A DNA stretch of 34,284 nucleotides from an uncultured delta proteobacterium (GTDB taxonomy: Bacteria > Desulfobacterota > Desulfobacteria > Desulfobacterales > QNYZ01), in contig CAWJQU010000014.1 of the NCBI GenBank assembly GCA_963845145.1, forward strand, positions 1 to 34,284, in the 5' to 3' direction. Numbering within the stretch: the stretch's first letter is position 1; every line of letters begins with the position of its first letter. Positions 15,339 through 25,066 of the stretch are shown here, piece after piece. Under the pieces are notes generated by a model. The model saw nothing but the letters and a program-made list of their open reading frames with translations. It did not search any database and was not told the origin of the DNA. A program made the translations under genes and the position numbers.

Positions 15339-16420
15339 ATGACAGAATTATTTGAATGGTTCATTGAAATATGGCGATTTTGGCGAAATGGGGCCATTCG
15401 AGACCGTGACGGCTTCGGCCCCTGCCGGCTCGATATGGGCGGCACCCTGGACATCTCCACCTTCATTTTCCCTTACGGTCGGTTTCGTCCGTTAACGGTG
15501 AATCTGGCGATCAATTTGCGTACACAAGTGCGGCTTTCACATACACCCCTGGCGTTGTCAAGGTGAGCTCCCAGGGATTTGAACCCGCCGAGTTTCCGGA
15601 GGATCGTGTTCCCTTTGATCATCCTTTGGGATTGATGTTTGCTGTTGCGGCATATTTTGGGGCTCATGGCGTTCATATTGAGATTGATTCGCCATCCCCA
15701 CCGCAAAGCGGCCTGGGCGGATCCTCGGTTGCGGCAGTGGCGTTGGTGGCGGCATCTCGTCAGACTGGGCGAGGGGCATGGCGGAAAGCCATAACCAAAC
15801 GCCAATCGCTTTGATAGCCCATGCCATTGAATCGGCAGTGAATATGGTGCCGTGCGGAATATCAGGATCAGCTGGCGGCTGTTTACGGTGGGGTAAATGC
15901 ATGGGAATGGCATGCAGACAGCGATAGATCGAAGTATTACCCGCCGAATACTCATCAAAAAATCAGCCACCAGCACTTCGAAAAGCAGTTGCTGCTGGCC
16001 TATTGTGGGGTGCCGCATGTTTCCAATGACATTAACGGAAAATGGCTACAACAGTTTATGACCGGCGAGGATCGAAGACCTTGGATAAAGATGATCGCCT
16101 GCACACACCGGTTCGCCGCGGCGCTTACCGATAATGATATTCAGTCGGCGGTGGCCGCTATAAACGAAGAAGTCGAGCTTCGAATGGAACTGACACCCGA
16201 TGTTATTGGCGGGTTGGGTTTACAGCTAATGGATGGGGCCCATGAAGCGGGTTGTGCTGCCAGGTTTACGGGGGCCGGGGGGGGTGGATGTATTTGGGCT
16301 TTTGGCGATCATGAACGGATCTTATCATTAAAACCGCTTTGGGACGAGGTCGTATCTACCGATTCAAAGGCCGGGTTGATCGAACATGGTATTGACGTCA
16401 GGGGGGTTGTTGTAGGATAA
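15339..16420 (+). CDS. GHMP-family sugar kinase, HddA/galactokinase-like (frameshifted)
   Basis: APCRLDMGGTLD, PPQSGLGGSS (GHMP motif II), CG.QDQLAAVYGG, ARFTGAGGGGC (motif III). Confidence 0.85.
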
Positions 16421-16524
16421 AGTGGGTCGGGTCGGGTTGGAAAACCGAGGTTTTCAAAATGGCCCTGAACACGACTTAGTGAAAACGAATTGTTTTCCAA
16501 AAAATATCAAATTTGAGGGGAAAA

Positions 16525-17397
16525 ATGAATTTTCAAAATGTGATTCACACACTTGAAACCTTCTGGGCCCGTAAAGGGTGTGTGGTGATTCAACCCTACG
16601 ACTTAGAGGTTGGCGCCGGCACATTTCATCACGGTACGACCTTGCGAGCGTTAGGTCCGGAACCCTGGAATGTGGCTTATGTTCAACCTTCGCGTCGCCC
16701 CACGGACGGTCGCTATGGTGATAATCCCAACCGCTTGCAGCACTATTACCAGTTTCAGGTTCTTTTAAAACCGTCCCCGGCGGACGTTCAGGATCTTTAC
16801 CTTCAAAGTATGAAGGCTATAGGCGTCGACACCGGCGAACATGACATCCGCTTTGTGGAGGACGACTGGGAATCTCCAACCCTGGGCGCGGCCGGGCTGG
16901 GGTGGGAAGTCTGGCTGGACGGCATGGAGGTAACCCAATTTACTTACTTTCAAATGGCGGGCAGTGTAGAACTTCACCCTATTTCGGTGGAATTAACTTA
17001 TGGCCTGGAACGAATCTCCATGTATCTTCAGGGCGTCGACAATGTTTACGATTTAAAATGGAATAACAAGATTACCTATGGCGAAGTAGGACACCAACAG
17101 GAAGTTGAGCAGTCCACGTACAATTTTGAAGTGGCCGATGTAGACATGTTGTTTAAATTATTCAGTATGTACGAAACCGAATCCAATCGAATCATCCAAA
17201 AGGGGCTTGTTTTACCGGCGTATGAATTCTGCTTAAAATGCTCCCATACCTTTAATTTGCTGGACGCCAGGGGGGCTATCAGCGTGGCTGAACGTACCGG
17301 CTATATCGGGCGTATTCGAAACATGGCGCGGGCATGTGCGGAAGGTTATCTGAAGCAGCGTGAAACGATGGGGCACCCCCTGCTAAACAATAGATGA
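16525..17397 (+). CDS. glyQ: glycyl-tRNA synthetase alpha subunit
   Basis: [63 protein letters not shown]. Confidence 0.98.
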   Translation: MNFQNVIHTLETFWARKGCVVIQPYDLEVGAGTFHHGTTLRALGPEPWNVAYVQPSRRPTDGRYGDNPNRLQHYYQFQVLLKPSPADVQDLYLQSMKAIGVDTGEHDIRFVEDDWESPTLGAAGLGWEVWLDGMEVTQFTYFQMAGSVELHPISVELTYGLERISMYLQGVDNVYDLKWNNKITYGEVGHQQEVEQSTYNFEVADVDMLFKLFSMYETESNRIIQKGLVLPAYEFCLKCSHTFNLLDARGAISVAERTGYIGRIRNMARACAEGYLKQRETMGHPLLNNR

Positions 17398-17455
17398 ACT
17401 ATAAAGATTGTCGAAAAGATGAGGAATGTAAATAAATCGACGACATGAGGAAACC

Positions 17456-19560
17456 ATGGATAAATTACTGCTCGAAATAGGTTCAGAAGAAATTCCTGCC
17501 GGATATATAGAGCCGGCTTTAAACGCTATGGCCTCAAGATTTGACACAGCAGTTGGCCGCGGCGAGGATAGCTACGGGAGAGGTAGAAGTATATCGGAAC
17601 CCCTCGAAGGCTTGCAATTATTGTCAATGGTGTCGCGGGAAAACAACAGTCATTATCGGAAGAAGTGTTTGGGCCACCTGAAAAAATCGCATTCGATAAC
17701 AGTGGTCGACCAACAAAGGCGGCCCGAAAAATTTGCCGAAAAAGTCGGTGTGTCCGTTAAGCGGCTTAAAGTCAAACAGACGGATAAAGGGCGTTACCTT
17801 TTTGCAATGAAAACGGAGCGAGGTTTGGCTTCGCGTACTTTGCTTAAAACCATCCTGCCTAAAGTGATTGAGACGATGGCATTTCCCAAACGGATGAAAT
17901 GGGGTGAATTGCATGTGACCTTTGCACGTCCCGATCCATTCGGTTGACGGCTTTGTATGGCAGTCAAATTATTCCGTTTGTGTTTGGCAGCGTCAAAAGC
18001 GGACGTTATGTACGTGGCCATTATTTCATGTGCCCACAAAAGATTAAAATCAATCATCCCGATGATTATGTTGCTGCTTTGAAAGATGCCAAAGTCATCG
18101 CGGATATAAATGAACGCAGATGTGACGTGAAAAATAAAATCGATGCATCGGCGGCTGCCATCGGCGGTAAGGTGTTGCAGGATGATGAACTTTTGGACAT
18201 TGTCACGAATCTGGTCGAGTACCCGGCACCGGTTATCGGACGATTTGACGATGATTTCCTCTCTTTACCCCCCGAGATTCTAATAACCGCCATGCGGGAG
18301 CACCAGAAATATTTTGCCCTTGTCGATGATAAGGGCTCTTTGCTTCCCGCTTTTGTGGCGGTAAACAATACGGTAGCAAAAGATATGGACCTTGTGGCCG
18401 ATGGCCACGGGCGTGTCATTCGGGCCCGCCTGGCGGATGCTCGATTTTTTTATGATAGCGACTCCGCCGCTGCAATGGAAGATTGGGTCGAAAAGTTAAA
18501 CGGGGTTACGTTCCAGGCCAAGCTCGGAACGATGCACGCAAAAGTTCTGCGGGTGCAAAACCTGGCCGAGGTGATAAGCGACAAGGTCCTCGAAGGCGGT
18601 AGCCATACCGAGGCACCGCCGGCGTTGAAGGCTTATGCCGGTCGGGCGGCACTGCTAAGTAAAGCCGATTTGGTCAGTGAGGTGGTGGGGGAATTCCCCA
18701 AACTTCAAGGTGTCATGGGAAGGATATATGCTCAAGCGGCCGGGGAACCATCCGAAGTCAGTGCGGCGATTGAAGAGCACTATCGCCCCACCTATTCAGG
18801 TGGCACGCTTCCCCAATCATTCACAGGCGCTGTGGTGAGCATTGCCGACAAACTCGATTCCATCTGCGGGTTTTTCAGTGTCGGACTGGTTCCGACCGGA
18901 GCGTCTGACGCCTATGCCCTTCGCCGCCAGGGCATCGGCATCATTCAAATTATGGCTGCCAACGGTTTTGCTTTTTCGCTTGGGGAGGCGGTCTTACACG
19001 GCCTGTCACTTTATACGATACCGGATACAGACAAGCGGCTGGCCGTTAAAAGCCAGGTAATTGAGTTTTTGAAGAACCGAATCATTCGTATGCTGGTTGA
19101 TGAAGGGTATCCCAAAGATATCGTGCAAGCGGTTACGCATGTGTCGGTGGATAATATTCCCCTGGTCTGGGATCGAATTCGTGCCCTGGAAACCCTTAAA
19201 TCCAAAGCCGATTTTGGAGCCCTGGCGGGCACTTTCAAACGTGTGGGTAATATTATACGAAAGGCCGGAACCGAAACGATTGGGGCGGTTTCCAAGGCTT
19301 TGTTTAAGGAAGAAAGTGAAGTAGCCCTTTATCAAGCATGCCGAGAAGCAGACCAGGAAATCAGCGAGCGCCTCGGCAAACAAGATCTGACCGGGGCTTT
19401 GATTAAAGTGGCGTCCTTGAAAGTACCCGTGGACACATTCTTCGACGATGTGATGGTGATGGCTGAAGATGAAACCTTGCGAAATAATCGTCTGGCTTTG
19501 CTTGGCCAGGTTGCCAATTTATTCAATCAGTTTGCCGATTTTTCAAAAATAGCAACGTGA
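17456..19560 (+). CDS. glyS: glycyl-tRNA synthetase beta subunit (5' part frameshifted)
   Basis: LLLEIGSEEIPA, HQKYF, RARLADARFF, EFPKLQGVMG, DAYALRR, LRNNRLALL; follows glyQ. Confidence 0.96.
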
Positions 19561-19687
19561 CCGTAAAAAGGTCTGCGGAGATACGCCGGCTTGTCTGAGG
19601 TGATGGCGCTTTGCATGATGGTCGGGAAGCCTACTATAGAAGATACTGTTTAGTGAAGATGATAATAAAAATTCTAAAGGAGAAAGT

Positions 19688-19942
19688 ATGCCGTTTGACA
19701 AGGAAAAAGATAAACTTCTAAAAGATTGGCGCTGTGATGAAACCGGCCTCGTGATATCAATAAATCAGTATAATAATGGGCAGCCAAAAGTACAAATTGG
19801 ACCGCGAATTTTAAAGAAACAAGATGGAAGCGATCGTGCGCCGGTCCGTGCCGGGCGTTTGAGCATGGAAGATATCATCTGGTTTTACGATACAATCGAC
19901 GAAATTAAGGATGAGTTGTCACAACTTGTTTTACCGGAATGA
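19688..19942 (+). CDS. small conserved-looking protein, possible PC4/YdbC-like nucleic-acid-binding fold
   Basis: AAGGAG RBS; beta-strand pattern LVISINQYNNGQPKVQIGPR followed by GRLS and a C-terminal helix. Confidence 0.75.
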   Translation: MPFDKEKDKLLKDWRCDETGLVISINQYNNGQPKVQIGPRILKKQDGSDRAPVRAGRLSMEDIIWFYDTIDEIKDELSQLVLPE

Positions 19943-20703
19943 AAAAAATCGGGCCATCTTCTGACGGAGATACGGCCATCGTAAATCCGGTCGTCAACAA
20001 ACGCTCCCCAAAGTTGGGGGCAGCTGCGCTGATGGTCAGCCCTAAGCCGGATTTAAAATACTGCCGCCGGCAATTGCACTATTCGGCAGATAATTATTTC
20101 CATCTTTATTTAAGCCGGCTCTACTACCAAAAGAAAAACCAACAGGGGCTCTCTCTGGTGGGTCCGATGGTGGGGTCGCCGTATGCGGCAATGGTGCTTG
20201 AATCGTTGATCGCCTGGGGATGCCGGAATATATTCTTCTTCGGTTGGTGCGGGAGTATCGACCCCAAGGTCAAAACCGGCGATATTATTATCCCAACCCA
20301 AGCGGTCATTGATGAAGGCACTTCCCGTCATTATCTAAACGAGAAGACTGAATCCGTACAACCCGCCGCGGGGCTTTCCAAGGTGCTAACAAACGCCTTT
20401 GACACCGCCGGCATTAATACCCATAAAGGCCCGATCTGGACTACCGATGGCGTCTATCGTGAAACCAAACAGAAAGTTCTTCATTATCAAAAACAAGGTG
20501 TCATTGGTGTCGAAATGGAACTGTCCGCGCTGTTATCCGTCGCGTCTTTTCGGAAGGTAGATGTTGCCGGCCTGCTGGTTGTTTCAGATGAGCTCAGCAC
20601 ATTGACCTGGCAGCCGGGATTTAAGTCTTCGGCCTTTCAAAAAGGACGTATCACCGCACTAGAAGGGCTGCTCGGATGCTGTATTGGAATAACGAAGGGG
20701 TAA
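19939..20703 (+). CDS. nucleoside phosphorylase (PNP/UDP family 1)
   Basis: GWCGSI, GDIIIP..AVIDEGTS.HY, IWTTDGVYRET, GVEMELSAL, VVSDEL; ATGA overlap with the preceding ORF. Confidence 0.9.
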   Translation: MKKIGPSSDGDTAIVNPVVNKRSPKLGAAALMVSPKPDLKYCRRQLHYSADNYFHLYLSRLYYQKKNQQGLSLVGPMVGSPYAAMVLESLIAWGCRNIFFFGWCGSIDPKVKTGDIIIPTQAVIDEGTSRHYLNEKTESVQPAAGLSKVLTNAFDTAGINTHKGPIWTTDGVYRETKQKVLHYQKQGVIGVEMELSALLSVASFRKVDVAGLLVVSDELSTLTWQPGFKSSAFQKGRITALEGLLGCCIGITKG

Positions 20704-20738
20704 TGGGTTCAGGTTGTTAAGGATTTTTTTCAAGGATA

Positions 20739-22601
20739 GTGCTGATGGTTGCAGAAGAAATCGTCGAACTGGTCGAAAAGCTGACCATTTATAATAAAGC
20801 GTATCGCAGCGGCCGTCCGTTGGTGCCCGATCAAATTTATGACGACCTGGTTGAGCAATTACGACTACACTCTCCGGAACATGCCTTCCTAAAAAAAGTT
20901 GAACCCGAAGATTTTGCGATCAAGCAAAAATTAAAACACCCCTATCCCATGCTTTCCATTCAAAAAGCTTATAATTCTAAAGAATTATCGCTTTTCGTGG
21001 CAAGGGCAGAAAAAGTCGCGGTGGAGATCGGTGTAACGCCCATTTATTTTAGAGTGACGGCCAAGCTCGACGGGGTGGCGGGACGATACGACGGGGGCCA
21101 TCTGGTTACCCGTGGTGACGGTCTTTATGGGTTTGATATTACAAGCGTTTTTGAAAAAGGTGTTGTCGCGGTGAACGGCCGAAGGAACGGGCTTGGTGAA
21201 GTCGTAATGCAAGCCTCCTATTTTGACGCACATTTGGCGGAGGTTTTCGAACATCCGCGAAATCTTGTTGTTGGAATCATTGGGTCCGATACGGTCAACG
21301 AAAAAGCTCAAAGGGCCCTGGACGATGGTGCGGTTCATTTTATCCGCTATGCGGATCTCCCCGGTTGGCATGGAAGCGGCGATGAGTTGTTACAAGGGGT
21401 CGAAACCATTTATCATGATGTTTTAGAAGAAGTCGATTATCCAGTGGACGGGATTGTCATCCAGTCCACCCACGAGAAACTAAAAAAAAATCTTGGCGCT
21501 ACTACACATCACTACCGATGGCAGATTGCCTATAAAAAACGAGGTGAAACGGCACCGTCGACAGTCGCTTCCATTACTTGGCAGGTGGGGCGGACCGGTA
21601 ATATAACACCGGTACTAGTGGTGGATCCGATACGATTATCAGGGGCGACGATAAACCGGGTGACGGCTCACCATGCGGGAATGATCAAAAAATTGGGAAT
21701 CACTGTGGGAACCCGAATAGAAATCATTCGCAGTGGGGAAGTCATTCCCAAGCTTGAAGCTGTACTAGGCGATGAGGGTGATGCTGAGATTCCACGCGAT
21801 TGTCCTTCGTGCGGCAAGACATTAAATTGGCGGGGAGATTTTTTGCGGTGTAGCAATCAGACGGACTGCCGCGACCAAATAGTGGCCCGATTGCATCATT
21901 GGTTCCATATTTTGGACAATGCCGATTGGTTTGGGATTAAAACCATTGAGAAACTGGTGGAGAATGGGATGGATCGACTGGATAAGATTTATGCCGCCAC
22001 AGCCCAAGATTTTCAAGATTTTGGGTTTGGACCGATACAATCTAAAAATCTTTTGGATGCCTGTCGGCTCAGCCTTTCCCAACCGGTTGAAGACTGGCGG
22101 TTGCTGGCGGCAATGGGGATTTCAAGTTTGGGGGTTGGTGAAAGTCGTAAGCTTTTGGCTTTCTTTCCGCTTGAATCATTGTGGGATCAGGGTTGGAAAC
22201 AGATCGCCGCCATCAAAGGGTTTGGTGAGATAAAGGCCCATGCCATTATGGGTGGTCTGGCCGATTTTATTGAGACTTATTGTGACATAATGGATATGGG
22301 ATTTCATCTGATACGAACGCCATCTGTCGAAACAGTTAAAACTGTTTCGACGCCCATTCTTGGAAAAGGGATTGTCTTTACCGGAAAGATGAGCCAGGGG
22401 ACACGCGCGGAGATGCAGGAACAGGCGCGACGGTTGGGGGCTAAAGTTCAATCCCAGGTGAGCAAAGCGACGGATTTTTTGGTTTGCGGTAGCAAAGTCG
22501 GCCAGAGTAAAATTGAAAATGCACGTCTTCATGGTACCGTGGTAATCACAGAAGCTGAATTTACAGAAATGATACGGGGAACTGAACCGTCGTTTGAATA
22601 G
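20739..22601 (+). CDS. ligA: NAD-dependent DNA ligase (compact variant)
   Basis: Domain Ia YR.G...PDQIYD, MLSI, KLDGVA adenylation motif, TRGDG, DGIVI, RWQIAYK, QVGRTG, C4 Zn finger, HhH, BRCT (VFTGKM...GAKV). Confidence 0.92.
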   Translation: MLMVAEEIVELVEKLTIYNKAYRSGRPLVPDQIYDDLVEQLRLHSPEHAFLKKVEPEDFAIKQKLKHPYPMLSIQKAYNSKELSLFVARAEKVAVEIGVTPIYFRVTAKLDGVAGRYDGGHLVTRGDGLYGFDITSVFEKGVVAVNGRRNGLGEVVMQASYFDAHLAEVFEHPRNLVVGIIGSDTVNEKAQRALDDGAVHFIRYADLPGWHGSGDELLQGVETIYHDVLEEVDYPVDGIVIQSTHEKLKKNLGATTHHYRWQIAYKKRGETAPSTVASITWQVGRTGNITPVLVVDPIRLSGATINRVTAHHAGMIKKLGITVGTRIEIIRSGEVIPKLEAVLGDEGDAEIPRDCPSCGKTLNWRGDFLRCSNQTDCRDQIVARLHHWFHILDNADWFGIKTIEKLVENGMDRLDKIYAATAQDFQDFGFGPIQSKNLLDACRLSLSQPVEDWRLLAAMGISSLGVGESRKLLAFFPLESLWDQGWKQIAAIKGFGEIKAHAIMGGLADFIETYCDIMDMGFHLIRTPSVETVKTVSTPILGKGIVFTGKMSQGTRAEMQEQARRLGAKVQSQVSKATDFLVCGSKVGQSKIENARLHGTVVITEAEFTEMIRGTEPSFE

Positions 22602-22633
22602 TCATCGAACCATTAACAAAAAAGGCGGTTACT

Positions 22634-22912
22634 ATGGAAAAAGTGGGTGCCCATGTGGTTATTAGTGGTAAAGTGCAGGGCGTTTTTTACAGGGCTGAAA
22701 CGCAAAAAGCGGCTGTTCGATTTGGTGTGGTGGGTTGGGTGCGCAATCGGCCCGATGGGACCGTCGAGGTACTGATGGAAGGCGTACAAGAAGATGTCGA
22801 TGCACTTATCTCCTGGTGCAGGGGCGGATCTCCCATGGCTTTAGTAGAAAAAGTAGATGTCGAACGGACCAAGCATTCCGGCGACTTCGTCCGCTTTGAA
22901 GTTGCCTACTAG
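22634..22912 (+). CDS. acyP: acylphosphatase
   Basis: ISGKVQGVFYR, GWVRNRPDGTVE. Confidence 0.95.
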   Translation: MEKVGAHVVISGKVQGVFYRAETQKAAVRFGVVGWVRNRPDGTVEVLMEGVQEDVDALISWCRGGSPMALVEKVDVERTKHSGDFVRFEVAY

Positions 22913-22973
22913 ATTATATCTACAGCCATTCTTAGGACTTTAAAAAAAAGTTGGAAAGTTTTAAAATTGAAAT

Positions 22974-23020
22974 AAAAACAGGCCGCAACCTCTATGTAAA
23001 TAGAGCGTAGCGGCCTGTTT
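22974..23020. terminator. terminator hairpin between convergent acyP and hup
   Basis: AAACAGGCCGC...CTCTAT..ATAGAG...GCGGCCTGTTT; T-run on the minus strand. Confidence 0.75.
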
Positions 23021-23049
23021 CGAAATTCGTTTTGGGCTTGGTTCAGTAA

Positions 23050-23322
23050 TTAAATGGATTCGCTGAGTTTTTTGCCTGGCTTGAATTTCACGACGTTGCG
23101 GGCCTTGATTTTGATCTCTTCACCAGTCTGTGGGTTTCTTCCCTTGCGGGCCTTGCGACGTACTTTGCTGAAAGTGCCGAAACCGACGAGTGTTAATTTA
23201 CCGTCCTTTTTTTTAAGTGCCTTGGTAACACATCCGGTAAAGGATGCAAGCGCTTCGCCGGCAGCCACTTTGGAGATACCTGCATCGCTGGCCATTTTTT
23301 CAATCACTTCTGCTTTGGTCAT
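23050..23322 (-). CDS. hup: HU family DNA-binding protein
   Basis: MTKAEVIEKMA...LVGFGTF...ARKGRNPQTGEEIKI; GGAGG RBS before ATG at 23322. Confidence 0.96.
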   Translation of the reverse strand: MTKAEVIEKMASDAGISKVAAGEALASFTGCVTKALKKKDGKLTLVGFGTFSKVRRKARKGRNPQTGEEIKIKARNVVKFKPGKKLSESI

Positions 23323-23387
23323 AATCTTTCCTCCCAATGTTTTTGAATATCGTGCGGGTTATCCATTCCCCTCTCCCCTGACGGCCA

Positions 23388-23414
23388 ATTATAGCAATCG
23401 CCAAACCATGTCAA
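23388..23414 (-). promoter_or_regulatory. putative sigma70 promoter of hup
   Basis: Minus strand TTGACA (23409-23414), 15-bp spacer, extended -10 TGcTATAAT (23388-23396). Confidence 0.6.
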
Positions 23415-23546
23415 CCAAAAAAGCGCTAAAACAGGGCGTTTAAGCAAAATACCCTGTATTTAAGCCCCATTTGGGGAGTAAAACGGCGGATGTCGTTAAA
23501 TAATGGCCGTTATATACGTGTTGCCGAGAATCGGGCATCAAGTGTA

Positions 23547-25040
23547 TTAAAAGAGGGCATCGACAAATTTTTTCGGGTTAAATTTCTGGAAGTCGTTAAT
23601 ATGTTCACCGACACCGATATATTTAAGCGGTACATTTAATGATTTTACAATGCTGACGACAATCCCGCCTTTAGCTGTTCCGTCCAATTTGGTAAGCGCG
23701 ATCGCATCTAAATCAAGTGCTTCATGAAATATCTCGGCCTGTGTCACAGCGTTTTGACCGGTAGTGGCATCCAAAACAAGCAGAATCTCATGTGGCGCAC
23801 CCTCTAAACGTTTATGGACGCTCCGCTTTATTTTTTTCAACTCTTCCATTAGATTGGTTTTGGTGTGAAGGCGGCCGGCGGTATCGATAATAACCACATC
23901 GCAATCTCGTGCGATTCCCGCTTCGACACCGTCAAAAGCGACAGCCGCCGGGTCCGAGCCATCCTGGTGGTAAACCAGATCTGCCTGGCTGCGATCGGCC
24001 CATATTTTTACCTGCTCAACCGCAGCCGCCCGGAACGTATCTGCCGCCGCAATAAGTACCTTTTTATTGTCATCCCGATAATGAGCGGCCAATTTACCGA
24101 TGGTAGTGGTTTTGCCGACACCATTGACACCGACCACCATGATAACATAGGGCCGGACCGTGCTGTCGGGGGGGATGGCTTCATCCTGCGCATCCATTTT
24201 GATCAGTGATTGGATCTCGCTTTTCAGCACATTTTTTAACTGATCGGCATCTGTAATATCGGCGGAACGTTTCGATATTCGTTCGATCAAGTCCATGGTG
24301 GTTTGAACGCCGATATCAGCGGTAATCAGAAGTTCTTCGAGATCTTCAAGTAGCTCGTCGTCTATTTTTTTTCGACCGGCGAAGAATTGATCGATATCGG
24401 TATTTAAAAACTTTCTGGTTTTGGAAAGACCGGTTTTTAGTCGTGTAAATAGTCGTGCCGGTTTTTCAGTCTTCTTCGCCTTTTTGTCGACGGGTAATGG
24501 GACTTCCGGTGTTGGCAGTTCACCTTTGGCCTCGATACCTGAATCAGTTTGCACTTCCGTGGGCGTTTCATCGATGTGCGTTTTTATCTCCGGCACAGGG
24601 ATTTCAACAACCGGTTCTATACCAGCTGTTGATTGCTGTTTTATGTCGGTCTCCCTGCCGATACGGTCATGTTGTGCCACAAAAGGTTCTTTCGGCGGCT
24701 TGGGTATCTCTTCAAGAACCGCTTTTGGCACACTTTTTTCTTTCGGCAAGGGCGCTTCTTCTTCAGGTTCGACCCTGTCTTTTACCTCAGGTCTCGCGCG
24801 CGCTACATGATCCGCCTCTTTATCGATTCTATCGGATTCGATCGGTAACTCTAATTCTTCAGGTTCTACTTCTCCCAATATTTCATCAGGTAGCTCATCA
24901 GGTGTGGTGCGCCCTCTTTTTTTTCGGCGGGTGACGAGTAAAACGAGAAGAAGCAGGTGCAAAACCAGCAGGGATAGAAAGTAGGTAGTGGGTGTTTCCG
25001 ATAAAAATACAAGCGTATTTTCGATAATTACCGAAATCAT
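23547..25040 (-). CDS. ftsY: SRP receptor FtsY with N-terminal TM anchor and acidic Pro-rich linker
   Basis: GVNGVGKTTTIGKLA, DTFRAAA, DTAGR, TKLDGTAKGG. Confidence 0.97.
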   Translation of the reverse strand: MISVIIENTLVFLSETPTTYFLSLLVLHLLLLVLLVTRRKKRGRTTPDELPDEILGEVEPEELELPIESDRIDKEADHVARARPEVKDRVEPEEEAPLPKEKSVPKAVLEEIPKPPKEPFVAQHDRIGRETDIKQQSTAGIEPVVEIPVPEIKTHIDETPTEVQTDSGIEAKGELPTPEVPLPVDKKAKKTEKPARLFTRLKTGLSKTRKFLNTDIDQFFAGRKKIDDELLEDLEELLITADIGVQTTMDLIERISKRSADITDADQLKNVLKSEIQSLIKMDAQDEAIPPDSTVRPYVIMVVGVNGVGKTTTIGKLAAHYRDDNKKVLIAAADTFRAAAVEQVKIWADRSQADLVYHQDGSDPAAVAFDGVEAGIARDCDVVIIDTAGRLHTKTNLMEELKKIKRSVHKRLEGAPHEILLVLDATTGQNAVTQAEIFHEALDLDAIALTKLDGTAKGGIVVSIVKSLNVPLKYIGVGEHINDFQKFNPKKFVDALF

Positions 25041-25066
25041 ATGGGTTTTCTTTCTTTATGGGATAA

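Noticed and set aside
16421..16524. T-box leader for glyQS
   Set aside because: Only about 100 nt, with no T-box GGTGGNACCGCG motif and no terminator T-run
13128..19560. mgtE, recO, GHMP kinase and glyS as true pseudogenes or programmed frameshifts
   Set aside because: glyS is normally essential, the indels are numerous and clustered, and invariant 16S positions show the same damage; sequencing error is more parsimonious
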